From positions 2,766 through 66,765 of the forward strand of contig JAVKSQ010000008.1 of assembly GCA_039583615.1 (NCBI GenBank): a stretch of 64,000 bases of DNA, written 5' to 3'. Shown here piece by piece: positions 49,695 through 58,465 of this stretch. The stretch comes from Acidimicrobiales bacterium. GTDB lineage: Bacteria > Actinomycetota > Acidimicrobiia > Acidimicrobiales > QHCF01. Positions within the stretch are counted from its first letter, which is position 1. The number at the start of each line of letters is the position of its first letter. The notes below the pieces were generated by a model. The model was not told the origin of the DNA and made no database searches. It was given only the letters and a program-made list of their open reading frames with translations. The position numbers were made by a program, and so were the translations under genes.

Positions 49695-51224
49695 ATGCCT
49701 CAGAACCGACATGGAGGCGACCGGAGCAACGCCAGCCCGGTCAGTGACGAGGCGCTGGTCGAGCAGACCAGAGCCGGCTGCCTCGATACCTTCGAGAAGC
49801 TGTACCAGCGGCATGCGCCGGTCGCCTGGCGTACCGCTCTGGCCATCACCGGCAACGTCCACGATGCCGCCGACGCGGTGGCCGAGGCCTTTGCGCGGGT
49901 GCTGCGAGCGGTCCCGGCCGGTCAGCTGGACGATGCCGCCCGCTTTCGCCCTTACCTGCTGACCGCCACCCGCAACTCGGCCCTCGACATCCTGCGGCGG
50001 GGCGCACGCGTCAGGCCCACTGACGACATGGTCACCCTGGACCGGCCGATGACCACCAACGGGCCCTCGGAGCACCTCGAGGCCAGTGCCGACGCGTCGA
50101 TGGTGGCCGCCGCTTTCGCCGCCCTGCCCGAGCGTTGGCGTACCGTGCTGTGGCTGACCGAGGTCGAGGGGGTGGCGCCCGGCGATGCCGCCAGCGTCCT
50201 TCACACCTCGCCCAACGCCGTCGCCCAACTGGGCGTCCGGGCGCGGGCCGGGCTGCGCCAGCAATTCCTGCAGGCCCACCTGCGCTCCGATGCGGCTCAG
50301 GGCTGCCGGTCCACGGTCAAGGTCCTGGGGCCCTACGCGACCGGGAGCCTGTCGGCCAAGGCGATGGCCAGGGTGGACGGCCATCTGGCCGACTGCCCGG
50401 CCTGCGTGGCCCGGTTGGACGAGCTCAACGAGCTGTGCTCCAGCCTGCGTCGGGTGGCGGTGCCGGGCGTCCCCGCCACCCTCGGGGCCTGGGTGGCGGC
50501 CCGTTCCAGGGCGGCCGGGCACTTGGCCGTCGGCGCCTCTCGCCACGGTGCCCTGGCGACGCTGCCGGCCATCACGGCCAAGCCGCTGGTCGGGGCGGCG
50601 CTGGGGATCATCGGGGTGGGCATCATCGGGGCATCGGTGATGGGCCAGTCCTTTGCCCCCCTGCCCCAACCGGCCCATCCGTCGGTCGACCTGGGTGGCG
50701 CGCCACCCAGCCATGTGCGCCACATAGGGCGGCTGGGCTCGCCCACCGCCCTTCCTCCCAGCGCCTCCACCGGGGCAGCCGACTCACCGACCGGCCCGGC
50801 GCCGGCGCCAGCCACCACGCTGGCATCGGTTGCGCCCGGCCCAGGGACGACGCCGGGCTCGGCCGGCTCGGTGGCCATCGGGACGCCGGCCGCCGTGGTC
50901 CGCTCGGCCTCTCCTGGGGCCGCAGCAACCGGGCAGGCCGGCACCTCGCCGGGCCCGCCGGCGTCGGTGGCCACTGATCCGAGTCAGCCTCCCGCCGCAC
51001 CGGCCGCATCGTCCACCCCGACGCCACTGGTGCAGGTGTCGGCCAACCTGGCGGTGTCCGCCCTCCCGGTCAGTGCCTCGGTGGGCCTGGGCCCGGGTTC
51101 GTGCACCGGCGCGCAGGTGGGCTCCATCCAGGTCGGATGCAGCCAACCGGCGTCCGCCCAGCCCTCGGTCAAGCTGAGTGGCTCGCTGGTCAGCCTGCCG
51201 TCAACCCTCGGCCTGGTGCACTAG
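49695..51224 (+). CDS. ECF sigma factor fused to a zf-HC2 anti-sigma-like domain, a TM helix and a Pro/Ala/Ser-rich extracytoplasmic tail
   Basis: Sigma region 2 (FEKLYQRHAPVAWRTALAITGNVHDAADAVAEAF) and region 4 (LPERWRTVLWLTEVEGVAPGDAASVLHTSPNAVAQLGVRAR). Then C-x24-HLADCPAC (HxxxCxxC), the TM helix LVGAALGIIGVGIIGASVM, and about 170 aa of low-complexity PAST-rich tail. Confidence 0.8.
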   Translation: MPQNRHGGDRSNASPVSDEALVEQTRAGCLDTFEKLYQRHAPVAWRTALAITGNVHDAADAVAEAFARVLRAVPAGQLDDAARFRPYLLTATRNSALDILRRGARVRPTDDMVTLDRPMTTNGPSEHLEASADASMVAAAFAALPERWRTVLWLTEVEGVAPGDAASVLHTSPNAVAQLGVRARAGLRQQFLQAHLRSDAAQGCRSTVKVLGPYATGSLSAKAMARVDGHLADCPACVARLDELNELCSSLRRVAVPGVPATLGAWVAARSRAAGHLAVGASRHGALATLPAITAKPLVGAALGIIGVGIIGASVMGQSFAPLPQPAHPSVDLGGAPPSHVRHIGRLGSPTALPPSASTGAADSPTGPAPAPATTLASVAPGPGTTPGSAGSVAIGTPAAVVRSASPGAAATGQAGTSPGPPASVATDPSQPPAAPAASSTPTPLVQVSANLAVSALPVSASVGLGPGSCTGAQVGSIQVGCSQPASAQPSVKLSGSLVSLPSTLGLVH

Positions 51225-51228
51225 CGCC

Positions 51229-51285
51229 GGCTGTACCAGCGCCGGCACAGGTACAGCCCCGAGACCAGGTGCAGCCTCGAGCTGC
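51229..51285. terminator. Two hairpins between the convergent sigma-fusion gene and cspA (GGCTGTAC-n14-GTACAGCC; GCAGC-ctcga-GCTGC)
   Basis: Read directly: perfect 8-bp and 5-bp stems. There are no clear U-tracts (GC-rich genome). Confidence 0.4.
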
Positions 51286-51311
51286 GGCCCTTGCGAGCCC
51301 AGCCAGGGAAG

Positions 51312-51512
51312 TCAGGCGGGACGAACGCTGGCCGCCTGGAGGCCCTTGGGGCCCTCCTGGACCTCGAACTCCACCTGCTGGCCCTCTTCCAGGCTGCGGT
51401 AGCCGTTCATCTGGATGGCGGAGAAATGGACGAACACGTCCGCCCCCTCAGCCTGGGAGATGAACCCATAGCCCTTCTCCGCGTTGAACCACTTGACAGT
51501 ACCAATCGCCAC
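51312..51512 (-). CDS. cspA: Cold-shock protein (CspA family)
   Basis: GTG 51512 with RBS GAAGGGGA gives [33 protein letters not shown]... (RNP1 KGYGFI, RNP2 VFVHF); 66 aa. An untranslated region of about 130 nt lies upstream. Confidence 0.9.
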   Translation of the reverse strand: MAIGTVKWFNAEKGYGFISQAEGADVFVHFSAIQMNGYRSLEEGQQVEFEVQEGPKGLQAASVRPA

Positions 51513-51643
51513 GGCGGCAATCCCCTTCTGATCTGAACCAACTGACTCTCGTGACAACTTCGACCGAGGGAGCACTGCCGTGCGCCCTCGGGCCGAAACG
51601 CTAGCAGGGGCGGTCACGCCGTGCCGCTGCCTGCGACTGCCCC

Positions 51644-53032
51644 TCAGGCCTGCCGGCGCCGCCTCACCCGGGTCCCGTCGGGCCCGTCCTCCAGGGACCA
51701 GCCGCGGCCCGCCAGCTCGGCCCGCAGGGCGTCGGCGCCGGCGTAGTCCCCCCGGCGCCGGGCCTCCTCCCGGCGGGCCACCAGGTCGGCGCTGGCCGGG
51801 TCGAGCTCCTGGGCCGGCTGGCCGAGGGCGAGACCCAGGGCGCCAGCCAGGCCCGCGGCAGTGGCCGCCAGTCGCCGGCCCTCCCCCGCGTCGCCGGCGT
51901 CGGCCGCCCCGTTGGCCCTCCTGGCCAGGTCGAAGACCACCCGGAGGGCGGCCGGCGTGTCCATGTCGGCGTCCATGGCCGATCGAAACTGGGCGATCTC
52001 GGCGTCGAGATCCGCGCCCACCCTCACGGGCGCCCTCGCCGGGTCGGGCGCGGCCAGCCCGAAGCGCCGGCCCAGGCTGTCCAGACGGGCCAGTGCCTCC
52101 TCGGCCTGGGCCATGGTGCGGGGCGTGACCTCCATCGGAGAGCGGTAGTGGGACTGGAGGGTGAGCAGGCGGTAGGCCCGACCGTCGTGACGGGCCAGCA
52201 GGTCGGTGAGGGAGGTGAAGTTCCCGAGGGACTTGGACATCTTCTGGCCGGCCATCTCGACGAAGGCGTGATGCATCCAGTGGCGGGCGAAGCGCCTGCC
52301 GAGGGCCACCGCCTGGGCGCGCTCGTTCTCGTGGTGCGGGAACTTGAGGTCCAGCCCGCCGGCGTGGAGGTCGAAGTCCTCCCCCAGCAGGTCGAGCGCC
52401 ATGGCTACGCACTCCGTGTGCCAGCCGGGCCGGCCGGAGCCCCACGGCGACGCCCAGGCCGGCTCGCCCGGCTTGGCCGGCTTCCAGAGGGCGAAGTCCG
52501 CCGGTGAGCGCTTCCCGGCTCCGAGCTCCACCCGCTCGCCGGCTCGCAGGCTGGACAAGGGCTGGCCGGCCAGCAGGCCGTAGCCCTCGACCGCCTCGAC
52601 GGCCAGGTAGACCCCGTCGGCGGTTGGATAGGCCGCGCCCCGCTCGACCAGCTCGGCGACCAGGGTGACCATGGCCTCGAGGTACTCGGTGGCCCGAGGA
52701 GACCGGGTGGGCCGCAAGGCGCCCAGGGCGTCGGTGGCCTGCCACCACACCGCCTCGTAGTGGTCGGCGAGCTCCCCGGGTGGTCGTCCCTCCTCCCGGG
52801 CCCTGGCAATGATCTTGTCGTCGATGTCGGTGACGTTGGAGACGTGGTGGACCTCGACCCCTGACCACTCCAGGTAGCGGCGGAGCACGTCGTAGACCAG
52901 CACGGCCCGGCCATGGCCCAGGTGGGGGACGTCGTAGACCGTCGGTCCGCACACGTAGATCGACAGCTTGCCGCCCTCCCGGGGGACCACCTCGGTGACC
53001 TGGCCCAGGGCAGTGTCATGCAGCCTCAGCAC
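51644..53032 (-). CDS. cysS: Cysteine--tRNA ligase
   Basis: HIGH-type motif PHLGHGR, KMSKS present, and WHTECVAM (Zn/Cys site). GTG 53032 gives [10 protein letters not shown]...; 462 aa including a C-terminal helical domain. Confidence 0.85.
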   Translation of the reverse strand: MLRLHDTALGQVTEVVPREGGKLSIYVCGPTVYDVPHLGHGRAVLVYDVLRRYLEWSGVEVHHVSNVTDIDDKIIARAREEGRPPGELADHYEAVWWQATDALGALRPTRSPRATEYLEAMVTLVAELVERGAAYPTADGVYLAVEAVEGYGLLAGQPLSSLRAGERVELGAGKRSPADFALWKPAKPGEPAWASPWGSGRPGWHTECVAMALDLLGEDFDLHAGGLDLKFPHHENERAQAVALGRRFARHWMHHAFVEMAGQKMSKSLGNFTSLTDLLARHDGRAYRLLTLQSHYRSPMEVTPRTMAQAEEALARLDSLGRRFGLAAPDPARAPVRVGADLDAEIAQFRSAMDADMDTPAALRVVFDLARRANGAADAGDAGEGRRLAATAAGLAGALGLALGQPAQELDPASADLVARREEARRRGDYAGADALRAELAGRGWSLEDGPDGTRVRRRRQA

Positions 53033-53052
53033 CCAGCTACGGTAACGCCATC
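53033..53052. promoter_or_regulatory. 20-bp divergent cysS/valS spacer with a TACGGTA element that reads TANNNT on both strands
   Basis: Read directly: plus strand TACGGT at 53038-43 (9 nt before valS GTG 53053); minus strand TACCGT at 53044-39 (6 nt before cysS GTG 53032). Confidence 0.3.
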
Positions 53053-55647
53053 GTGACACCGAGCACCTCGGAGAGGCGGAGCATCCCCGGCAAGCCCTCA
53101 CTGGAGGGGATCGAGGAACGCTGGGCGGCCCGCTGGGAGGCAGACGGTGTCTACCGCTTCGACCGCAGCCGGTCGAGAGCCGAGATCTTCTCCATCGACA
53201 CCCCGCCGCCCACCGTGAGCGGCTCCTTGCACATCGGTCACGTCTTCTCCTACACCCACACCGACACGGTGGCCCGGTACCGCCGGATGCGAGGTGCCGA
53301 GGTCTTCTATCCCATGGGCTGGGACGACAACGGCCTGCCCACCGAACGACGGGTGCAGATGCACTACGGCGTGCGCTGCGACCCCACCGCCGTCCACCAG
53401 CCTGGCTTCGTCCCCCCCGAGACGCCCGGTCGCCAAGCGGTCGCCGTCTCCAGACCGACCTTCGTGGACCTGTGCCGCCAGCTCTCGGCCGAGGACGAGC
53501 TCGCCTTCGAGGAGCTGTGGCGCCAGCTCGGCCTCTCGGTGGACTGGAGCCTCGCCTACACCACCATCGGGGCGAGAGCCAGGCGGGCCGCCCAACGGGC
53601 GTTCCTGCGTGAGCTGGGGCGCGGACAGGCGTACCGGGCCGAGGCGCCCACCCTGTGGGACGTCGATTTCGCCACGGCCGTGGCTCAGGCCGAGCTGGAA
53701 GAGCGCCAGCGCCCGGGGGCCTATCACCGGCTGCGCTTCGGGCTGGGCGACGGAGACGGCCAGGGGGTCGAGATCGAGACCACCCGGCCCGAGCTGCTGG
53801 CCGCCTGCGTGGCCCTGGTAGCCCATCCCGAGGACGACCGCTACCGGCCGCTGCTGGACAGGCAGGCGATCACCCCCCTCTTCGGCGTCCGGGTGCCGAT
53901 CCTGGCCCACGAGCTGGTCGACCCCGAGAAGGGGGCGGGGATGGCCATGGTCTGCACGTTCGGCGACGTGACCGACGTGACCTGGTGGCGTGAGCTGGGC
54001 CTGCCGGTGAGAGCGGTGATCGGTCGAGACGGGCGGCTCGGCCCCGTGGCCTGGGGCAGTCCCGGCTGGGAGTGCGACGACCCGGCGCGGGCCCAGGCAG
54101 CCTACGACCAGGTGGTGGGGATGCGGGTCGAGGCGGCCCGGCGCCACCTGGTCGGACAGCTGGCGGCGTCCGGTGCCCTGGTCGGAGAGCCCCGTCCGGT
54201 GACCCACGCCGTCAAGTTCTACGAGAAGGGGGAGCACCCTCTGGAGATAGTCTCCAGCCGCCAGTGGTTCATCCGGGTGGCCGACCTCCGAGAGGAGCTG
54301 CTGGCCCGGGGCAAGGAGCTGCGCTGGCACCCGCCGGCCATGCAGACCCGCTACGAGGCATGGGTCCAGGGCCTGACCGGGGACTGGAACATCAGCCGGC
54401 AACGATGGTTCGGCGTCCCCTTCCCGGTGTGGTACCCGGTCGATGCCGACGGAGAGGTCGATGCCGCCCATCCCCTGCTGGCCGACGAGGAGCTTCTGCC
54501 GGTCGACCCGTCCACCGACAGCCCGCCCGGCTACCAGGAGGACCAACGGGGCCGGCCGGGGGGCTTCGTCGGCGACGACGACGTGATGGACACCTGGGCC
54601 ACGTCGTCGCTCACCCCCCAGATCGCCGGGGGATGGGAGGACGATCCCGACCTGTTCGCCCGGGTCTTTCCCATGGACCTGCGGCCCCAGGCCCAGGACA
54701 TCATCCGGACGTGGCTGTTCACCACCGTGGTGCGCTCGGAGATGGAGCACGCCAAGCTGCCGTGGTCGGATGCGGCCATCTCCGGCTGGGTCCTGGACCC
54801 GGACCGCAAGAAGATGGGGAAGTCGAAGGGCAACGCCCTCACCCCCCTCGACCTGCTGCGCCAGCACGGCACCGATGCGGTGCGGTATTGGGCGGCCAGC
54901 GGTCGACCGGGGACCGACACAGCCGTCGACGAGGGTCAGATGAAGGTGGGCCGCCGCCTGGCCATCAAGGTCCTGAACGCCTCCCGCTTCGTGTTGTCGC
55001 TGCCCGGCCAGCCGGGAGCCGACCCTGGCTCCTTGGAGCCGGGCTGTATCCAGCCGCTGGACGCAGCCATGCTGACCAGGCTGGCCGGCGTGGTGCAGGA
55101 GGCCACCGGTGCCTTCGAGGACTACGACTACGCGCGCGCCCTGGAAAGGACCGAGGCCTTCTTCTGGGCCTTCTGCGACGACTACCTGGAGCTGGTCAAG
55201 GGCCGTGCCTACGGCGGCCCCGAGCTGCCAGAGGCCACCGGGGCCAGGGCCGCCCTCACGCTGGCCCTGTCCGTCCTGGCGCGACTGTTCGCCCCGTTCC
55301 TCGTCTTCGCCACCGAGGAGGTCTGGTCGTGGTGGCAGGATGGCTCGGTTCACCGGGCCGCCTGGCCGGAGGTGGCCGAGCTGCGATCGGTTGCCGGCCA
55401 GGACGCCGACCCGGCTGTGATGGACGTGGCCACTGCCGTCCTGAGCCAGATCCGGCGGGTCAAGTCCGAGTCCAACCGGTCGCCGCGCTGGCCGGTGACC
55501 AGGCTGGTGGTCACCGACACGCCCCAGCGCCTGGCGGCCCTGGCGCGGGCCGAGCCCGACCTGCGAGAGGCGGGCAAGATCGGCGAATTGTCCACCGCGG
55601 CCGGGGAGGGCATGGCGGTCCAGGTCGTCCTGGCCCAGCAGGAATGA
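53053..55647 (+). CDS. valS: Valine--tRNA ligase
   Basis: 864 aa with HIGH region PPPTVSGSLHIGH, KMSKS as KMGKSKGN, a CP1 editing-domain-sized insert, and an actinobacterial-type N-terminus (...EERWAARWEADGVYRF). Confidence 0.9.
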   Translation: MTPSTSERRSIPGKPSLEGIEERWAARWEADGVYRFDRSRSRAEIFSIDTPPPTVSGSLHIGHVFSYTHTDTVARYRRMRGAEVFYPMGWDDNGLPTERRVQMHYGVRCDPTAVHQPGFVPPETPGRQAVAVSRPTFVDLCRQLSAEDELAFEELWRQLGLSVDWSLAYTTIGARARRAAQRAFLRELGRGQAYRAEAPTLWDVDFATAVAQAELEERQRPGAYHRLRFGLGDGDGQGVEIETTRPELLAACVALVAHPEDDRYRPLLDRQAITPLFGVRVPILAHELVDPEKGAGMAMVCTFGDVTDVTWWRELGLPVRAVIGRDGRLGPVAWGSPGWECDDPARAQAAYDQVVGMRVEAARRHLVGQLAASGALVGEPRPVTHAVKFYEKGEHPLEIVSSRQWFIRVADLREELLARGKELRWHPPAMQTRYEAWVQGLTGDWNISRQRWFGVPFPVWYPVDADGEVDAAHPLLADEELLPVDPSTDSPPGYQEDQRGRPGGFVGDDDVMDTWATSSLTPQIAGGWEDDPDLFARVFPMDLRPQAQDIIRTWLFTTVVRSEMEHAKLPWSDAAISGWVLDPDRKKMGKSKGNALTPLDLLRQHGTDAVRYWAASGRPGTDTAVDEGQMKVGRRLAIKVLNASRFVLSLPGQPGADPGSLEPGCIQPLDAAMLTRLAGVVQEATGAFEDYDYARALERTEAFFWAFCDDYLELVKGRAYGGPELPEATGARAALTLALSVLARLFAPFLVFATEEVWSWWQDGSVHRAAWPEVAELRSVAGQDADPAVMDVATAVLSQIRRVKSESNRSPRWPVTRLVVTDTPQRLAALARAEPDLREAGKIGELSTAAGEGMAVQVVLAQQE

Positions 55648-56393
55648 GGAAGCCCATGGTGCTCGGGGAGGGTGCCCCCATCGTCATCCTCCACGGCTTC
55701 GGGCTGGCCCCCCGAACCTACCGCCGCACCGCCGAGCTGCTGGCGGCCCGGTCGCTGGTGGTGGTGCCGCCCCTGTTCGGACTGGGCCGGCACTGGAGCT
55801 ACGAGCGGGCGGTCGACTCCCTGGTGGCCATGGTGGACGATCTCGGCCTCGAGCGGGTGACCCTGATCGGGCACTCCTTCGGCGGCGGCCTGGAGCTGGG
55901 CCTGGCCGCCCGGCATCCCGACCGGGTGGTCGAGATGGTCTTCGTCGACACCCTGGGGCTGTCCCGGGAATGGACGCTGGCCGAGGAGGCCGTGCACCCC
56001 GTCCACCTCCTGCGGCTGGCCACGCCCCGGGCCACCATCGACTTCACCTGGACCGTCGTCACCCATCCGGCGGAGATGGCCCGGGCCGCCTGGTGGGGCT
56101 TCACCAGCGACCGGGGCGCGGAGGTGGCCACCGTAGCGGCCGCCGGCCTGCCCTGCCATGTGCTGTGGGCGGGCCGGGACACATTGCTGTCCCGCCGGGA
56201 TGGCCAGGACTTCGCCGAGGAGCTGGGGGCCTCCTTCACGGTGGTGCGGAGCTTTCGAGGGCCCATCGACCACGATTGGATGTACCGCCACCCTGTCCTG
56301 TTCGTCAGCCAGCTGGACCGGGTTGGCCTGGCCGCCCTGAGCAGAGCCCCGCAGCCCACGGCAGGGGGGCGCAGCCAACCGGGCAGTGGCTAG
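55644..56393 (+). CDS. Alpha/beta hydrolase
   Basis: ATG 55644 overlaps the valS stop (ATGA). HG motif ILHGFG, nucleophile elbow GHSFGG, and a C-terminal ...DHDWM... His. Confidence 0.75.
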   Translation: MRKPMVLGEGAPIVILHGFGLAPRTYRRTAELLAARSLVVVPPLFGLGRHWSYERAVDSLVAMVDDLGLERVTLIGHSFGGGLELGLAARHPDRVVEMVFVDTLGLSREWTLAEEAVHPVHLLRLATPRATIDFTWTVVTHPAEMARAAWWGFTSDRGAEVATVAAAGLPCHVLWAGRDTLLSRRDGQDFAEELGASFTVVRSFRGPIDHDWMYRHPVLFVSQLDRVGLAALSRAPQPTAGGRSQPGSG

Positions 56394-56442
56394 GCGGCCG
56401 ACGCGGCACTGCCCCGGACGGTCCCAGTCCGGCTGGGGTACC

Positions 56443-56510
56443 GGCGGGCCGGGTCGACCGGCTGGCGGGCCGGGTCGACCGGCTGGCGGGCCGGGTCGAC
56501 CGGCTGGCAG
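56443..56510 (+). repeat. 21-bp tandem repeat x3 (GGCGGGCCGGGTCGACCGGCT), each unit containing the palindrome GGTCGACC, upstream of amt
   Basis: Read directly. The palindromes lie at 56452-59, 56473-80 and 56494-501. No ATG/GTG/TTG occurs in the amt frame between the hydrolase stop and GTG 56570, so the array is untranslated. Confidence 0.9.
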
Positions 56511-56569
56511 GCCTGGCGGCCCGGCCCCTAGCCTCGTCGCCCGATGGGCGCGCCGGGGCCAGCCAACCA

Positions 56570-57817
56570 GTGAGCGCCGGCGACACCGCCTGGGTCCTGG
56601 TGTGCGCCGCCCTGGTGCTGTTCATGACCCCTGGCCTGGCCCTGTTCTACGGCGGGATGGTGCGCACCAAGAACGTGCTGGCCATCATCATGCAGTGCTT
56701 CTCCACCATGGGGGTGGTGAGCGTCCTGTGGGTGGTGATCGGCTTCAGCCTGGCCTTCGGCCATGACGCATGGGGCGGCCTGATCGGAGGCGTGGGCCTG
56801 GCCGGGCTGCGCCACCTGAGCCAGGGAGTCCCCGGCTACCACCTGACCATCCCGCCCCTTGCCTTCATGGCCTTCCAGATGATGTTCGCCATCATCACCC
56901 CGGCGCTGATCAGCGGAGCCGTCGCCGATCGGCTGAGGTTCTCGTCGTTCGCGGTGTTCATCGGCCTCTGGCTGCTGGTGGTCTACGCACCTATTGCCCA
57001 CTGGGCGTTCAGCCCCTCGGGCTGGCTGGTCCACCGGGGGGCGCTGGACTTCGCCGGCGGGACGGTGGTGGAGATCAACTCCGGGTTCTCCTCTCTGGCC
57101 GCGGTGATGGTGGTCGGACGCCGCCGGGGGTGGCCGACCGACGCCATGACTCCCCACTCCCTGCCGTTCACTCTCCTCGGTGCCGGGATCCTGTGGTTCG
57201 GTTGGTTCGGCTTCAACGCCGGGTCGGCCCTGGCGGCCAACGGCGTGGCCGGCCAAGCTCTGGTCAACACCCAGCTGGCGGCGGCCACCGGCCTGCTGGG
57301 ATGGATCGCCGCCGAGCGGATGAAGGGCGGACGGGCGACGACCCTGGGGGCCGCCTCGGGAGCGGTCACCGGCATGGTGGCCATCACCCCCTGCGCCGGG
57401 TACGTCGGCGCCCTGCCGGCGCTGCTGATCGGCTTTGCCGCCGGCGTGGTGTGCCTGTGGGCGGTAGCGGCCAAGTTCCGCCTCCGCTACGACGACTCGC
57501 TCGACGTGGTCGCCGTGCACGGAGTGGGCGGGATCGTGGGCACGCTGCTGCTGGGGGTGTTCGCGGCCAGGGGGATCGACCTCGCCGGCTCGAACGGGCT
57601 GCTATCGGGAGGGGGCCTGCACCTGCTGGGCAACCAGGCCCTGGCAGTAGGCGCAACCATTGGCTACGCCTTCGCGGCCACCTGGGTGGTAGCCAAGGCG
57701 GTGGATGCCGTGCTGGGCCTGCGAGTCACTCTGGACGAGGAGATCGAGGGTCTGGACACCACCCAGCATGCCGAGACTGCGTACTCGGGGGGCGCCCTGG
57801 GCCGACTGGGCCAGTGA
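56570..57817 (+). CDS. amt: Ammonium transporter (Amt family)
   Basis: GTG 56570 gives VSAGDTAWVLVCAALVLFMTPGLALFYGGMVR..., with ...DFAGGTVVEINSG... and ...VHGVGGIVGTLLLG... (twin-His region); 11 TM helices. Confidence 0.9.
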   Translation: MSAGDTAWVLVCAALVLFMTPGLALFYGGMVRTKNVLAIIMQCFSTMGVVSVLWVVIGFSLAFGHDAWGGLIGGVGLAGLRHLSQGVPGYHLTIPPLAFMAFQMMFAIITPALISGAVADRLRFSSFAVFIGLWLLVVYAPIAHWAFSPSGWLVHRGALDFAGGTVVEINSGFSSLAAVMVVGRRRGWPTDAMTPHSLPFTLLGAGILWFGWFGFNAGSALAANGVAGQALVNTQLAAATGLLGWIAAERMKGGRATTLGAASGAVTGMVAITPCAGYVGALPALLIGFAAGVVCLWAVAAKFRLRYDDSLDVVAVHGVGGIVGTLLLGVFAARGIDLAGSNGLLSGGGLHLLGNQALAVGATIGYAFAATWVVAKAVDAVLGLRVTLDEEIEGLDTTQHAETAYSGGALGRLGQ

Positions 57818-57853
57818 CATGGGAGGGAATCGGGCCGACAGCCGTGAGCTCAG

Positions 57854-58078
57854 CTACACACTGCCGGGACGGGGATGGGGCCGCTTGTGCTCCTGGTCGG
57901 CCTTTCCTCGGGGGAGATCCTCGATGCGCTCGGCGTGGCTCTCAACGTGCTGGAGATGCCGGCGCTGGTTGGACGCACCGGTGGTCACTCCTTCCCCGCT
58001 TGGTTGCCGGCCTTGCTCCCGGGCATCTGCGGCCCGGCGTCGGCGCTCGCGGTTGTCGCCTTCCATCTGCTTCTTCAT
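57854..58078 (-). CDS. Possible small basic hydrophilic protein (74 aa)
   Basis: ATG 58078 in ORF 57854..58111 gives MKKQMEGDNRERRRRAADAREQGRQPSGEG.... It lies in a locally lower-GC stretch. The RBS is weak and I recognise no family. Confidence 0.25.
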   Translation of the reverse strand: MKKQMEGDNRERRRRAADAREQGRQPSGEGVTTGASNQRRHLQHVESHAERIEDLPRGKADQEHKRPHPRPGSV

Positions 58079-58237
58079 GCAAGTACCGTTCCCAACCGCC
58101 GGAATTGCCAATCAGGGTCTCGCTGCGGGTCACCCAGGCTCGACCGCCCGGCGCGCTCGCTATCTGCCGGCGGCTACCGCGGGAGTGACCGCGGGGCTGC
58201 GGTCGGGCTCAGGTCGCCTGCGGAGCGTCGACCCCGG

Positions 58238-58465
58238 TCAACTAACCGTGGTTCCAGCGTCAGCCTGGCGAGCGCACGAGGCGCAGCAAAACATTCGGCC
58301 CGCCGCTTCGGCGCCGTGGCCCAGCACCCGGCATCCGCAGTGCTCACAGATCGGTGCTAGGCGGTGAGCGGCGCATTCGAAGCTGTCGAAGACGTGACGC
58401 TCGCCGGCCATTATGACCTCGAAGGTCTTGTCGTAGTCGTTGCCGCACACCTCGCATCTGGACAT
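58238..58465 (-). CDS. Small Cys-rich (9 Cys, 4 His in 75 aa) putative metal-binding protein
   Basis: ATG 58465 with RBS AAGGAAGG gives MSRCEVCGNDYDKTFEVIMAGERHVFDSFECAAHRLAPICEHCGCRVLGHGAEAAGRMFCCASCARQ.... CxxC, CxHCGC and CCxxC clusters. Confidence 0.7.
   Translation of the reverse strand: MSRCEVCGNDYDKTFEVIMAGERHVFDSFECAAHRLAPICEHCGCRVLGHGAEAAGRMFCCASCARQADAGTTVS

Noticed and set aside
51644-53032. Whether the CysS-like gene is actually MshC (the mycothiol ligase paralogue).
   Set aside because: The protein has full CysS length (462 aa) with a C-terminal helical extension after KMSKS and a canonical N-terminus, which fits CysS. This cannot be settled without phylogeny, so it is called cysS with less than full confidence.
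56443-56510. Known nitrogen-regulator boxes (AmtR tttCTAT-N6-AtAGat; GlnR gTnAc-n6-GaAAc) in the amt upstream repeat.
   Set aside because: By eye the GGTCGACC-centred units match neither consensus. They are reported as an unassigned operator-like array instead.
56393-56569. N-terminal extension of Amt through the GRVDRLA x3 repeat (track ORF 55970..57817 is in frame).
   Set aside because: No ATG, GTG or TTG exists in that frame between the upstream gene's stop and GTG 56570. The conserved Amt sequence (DTAWVL...) starts right after 56570.
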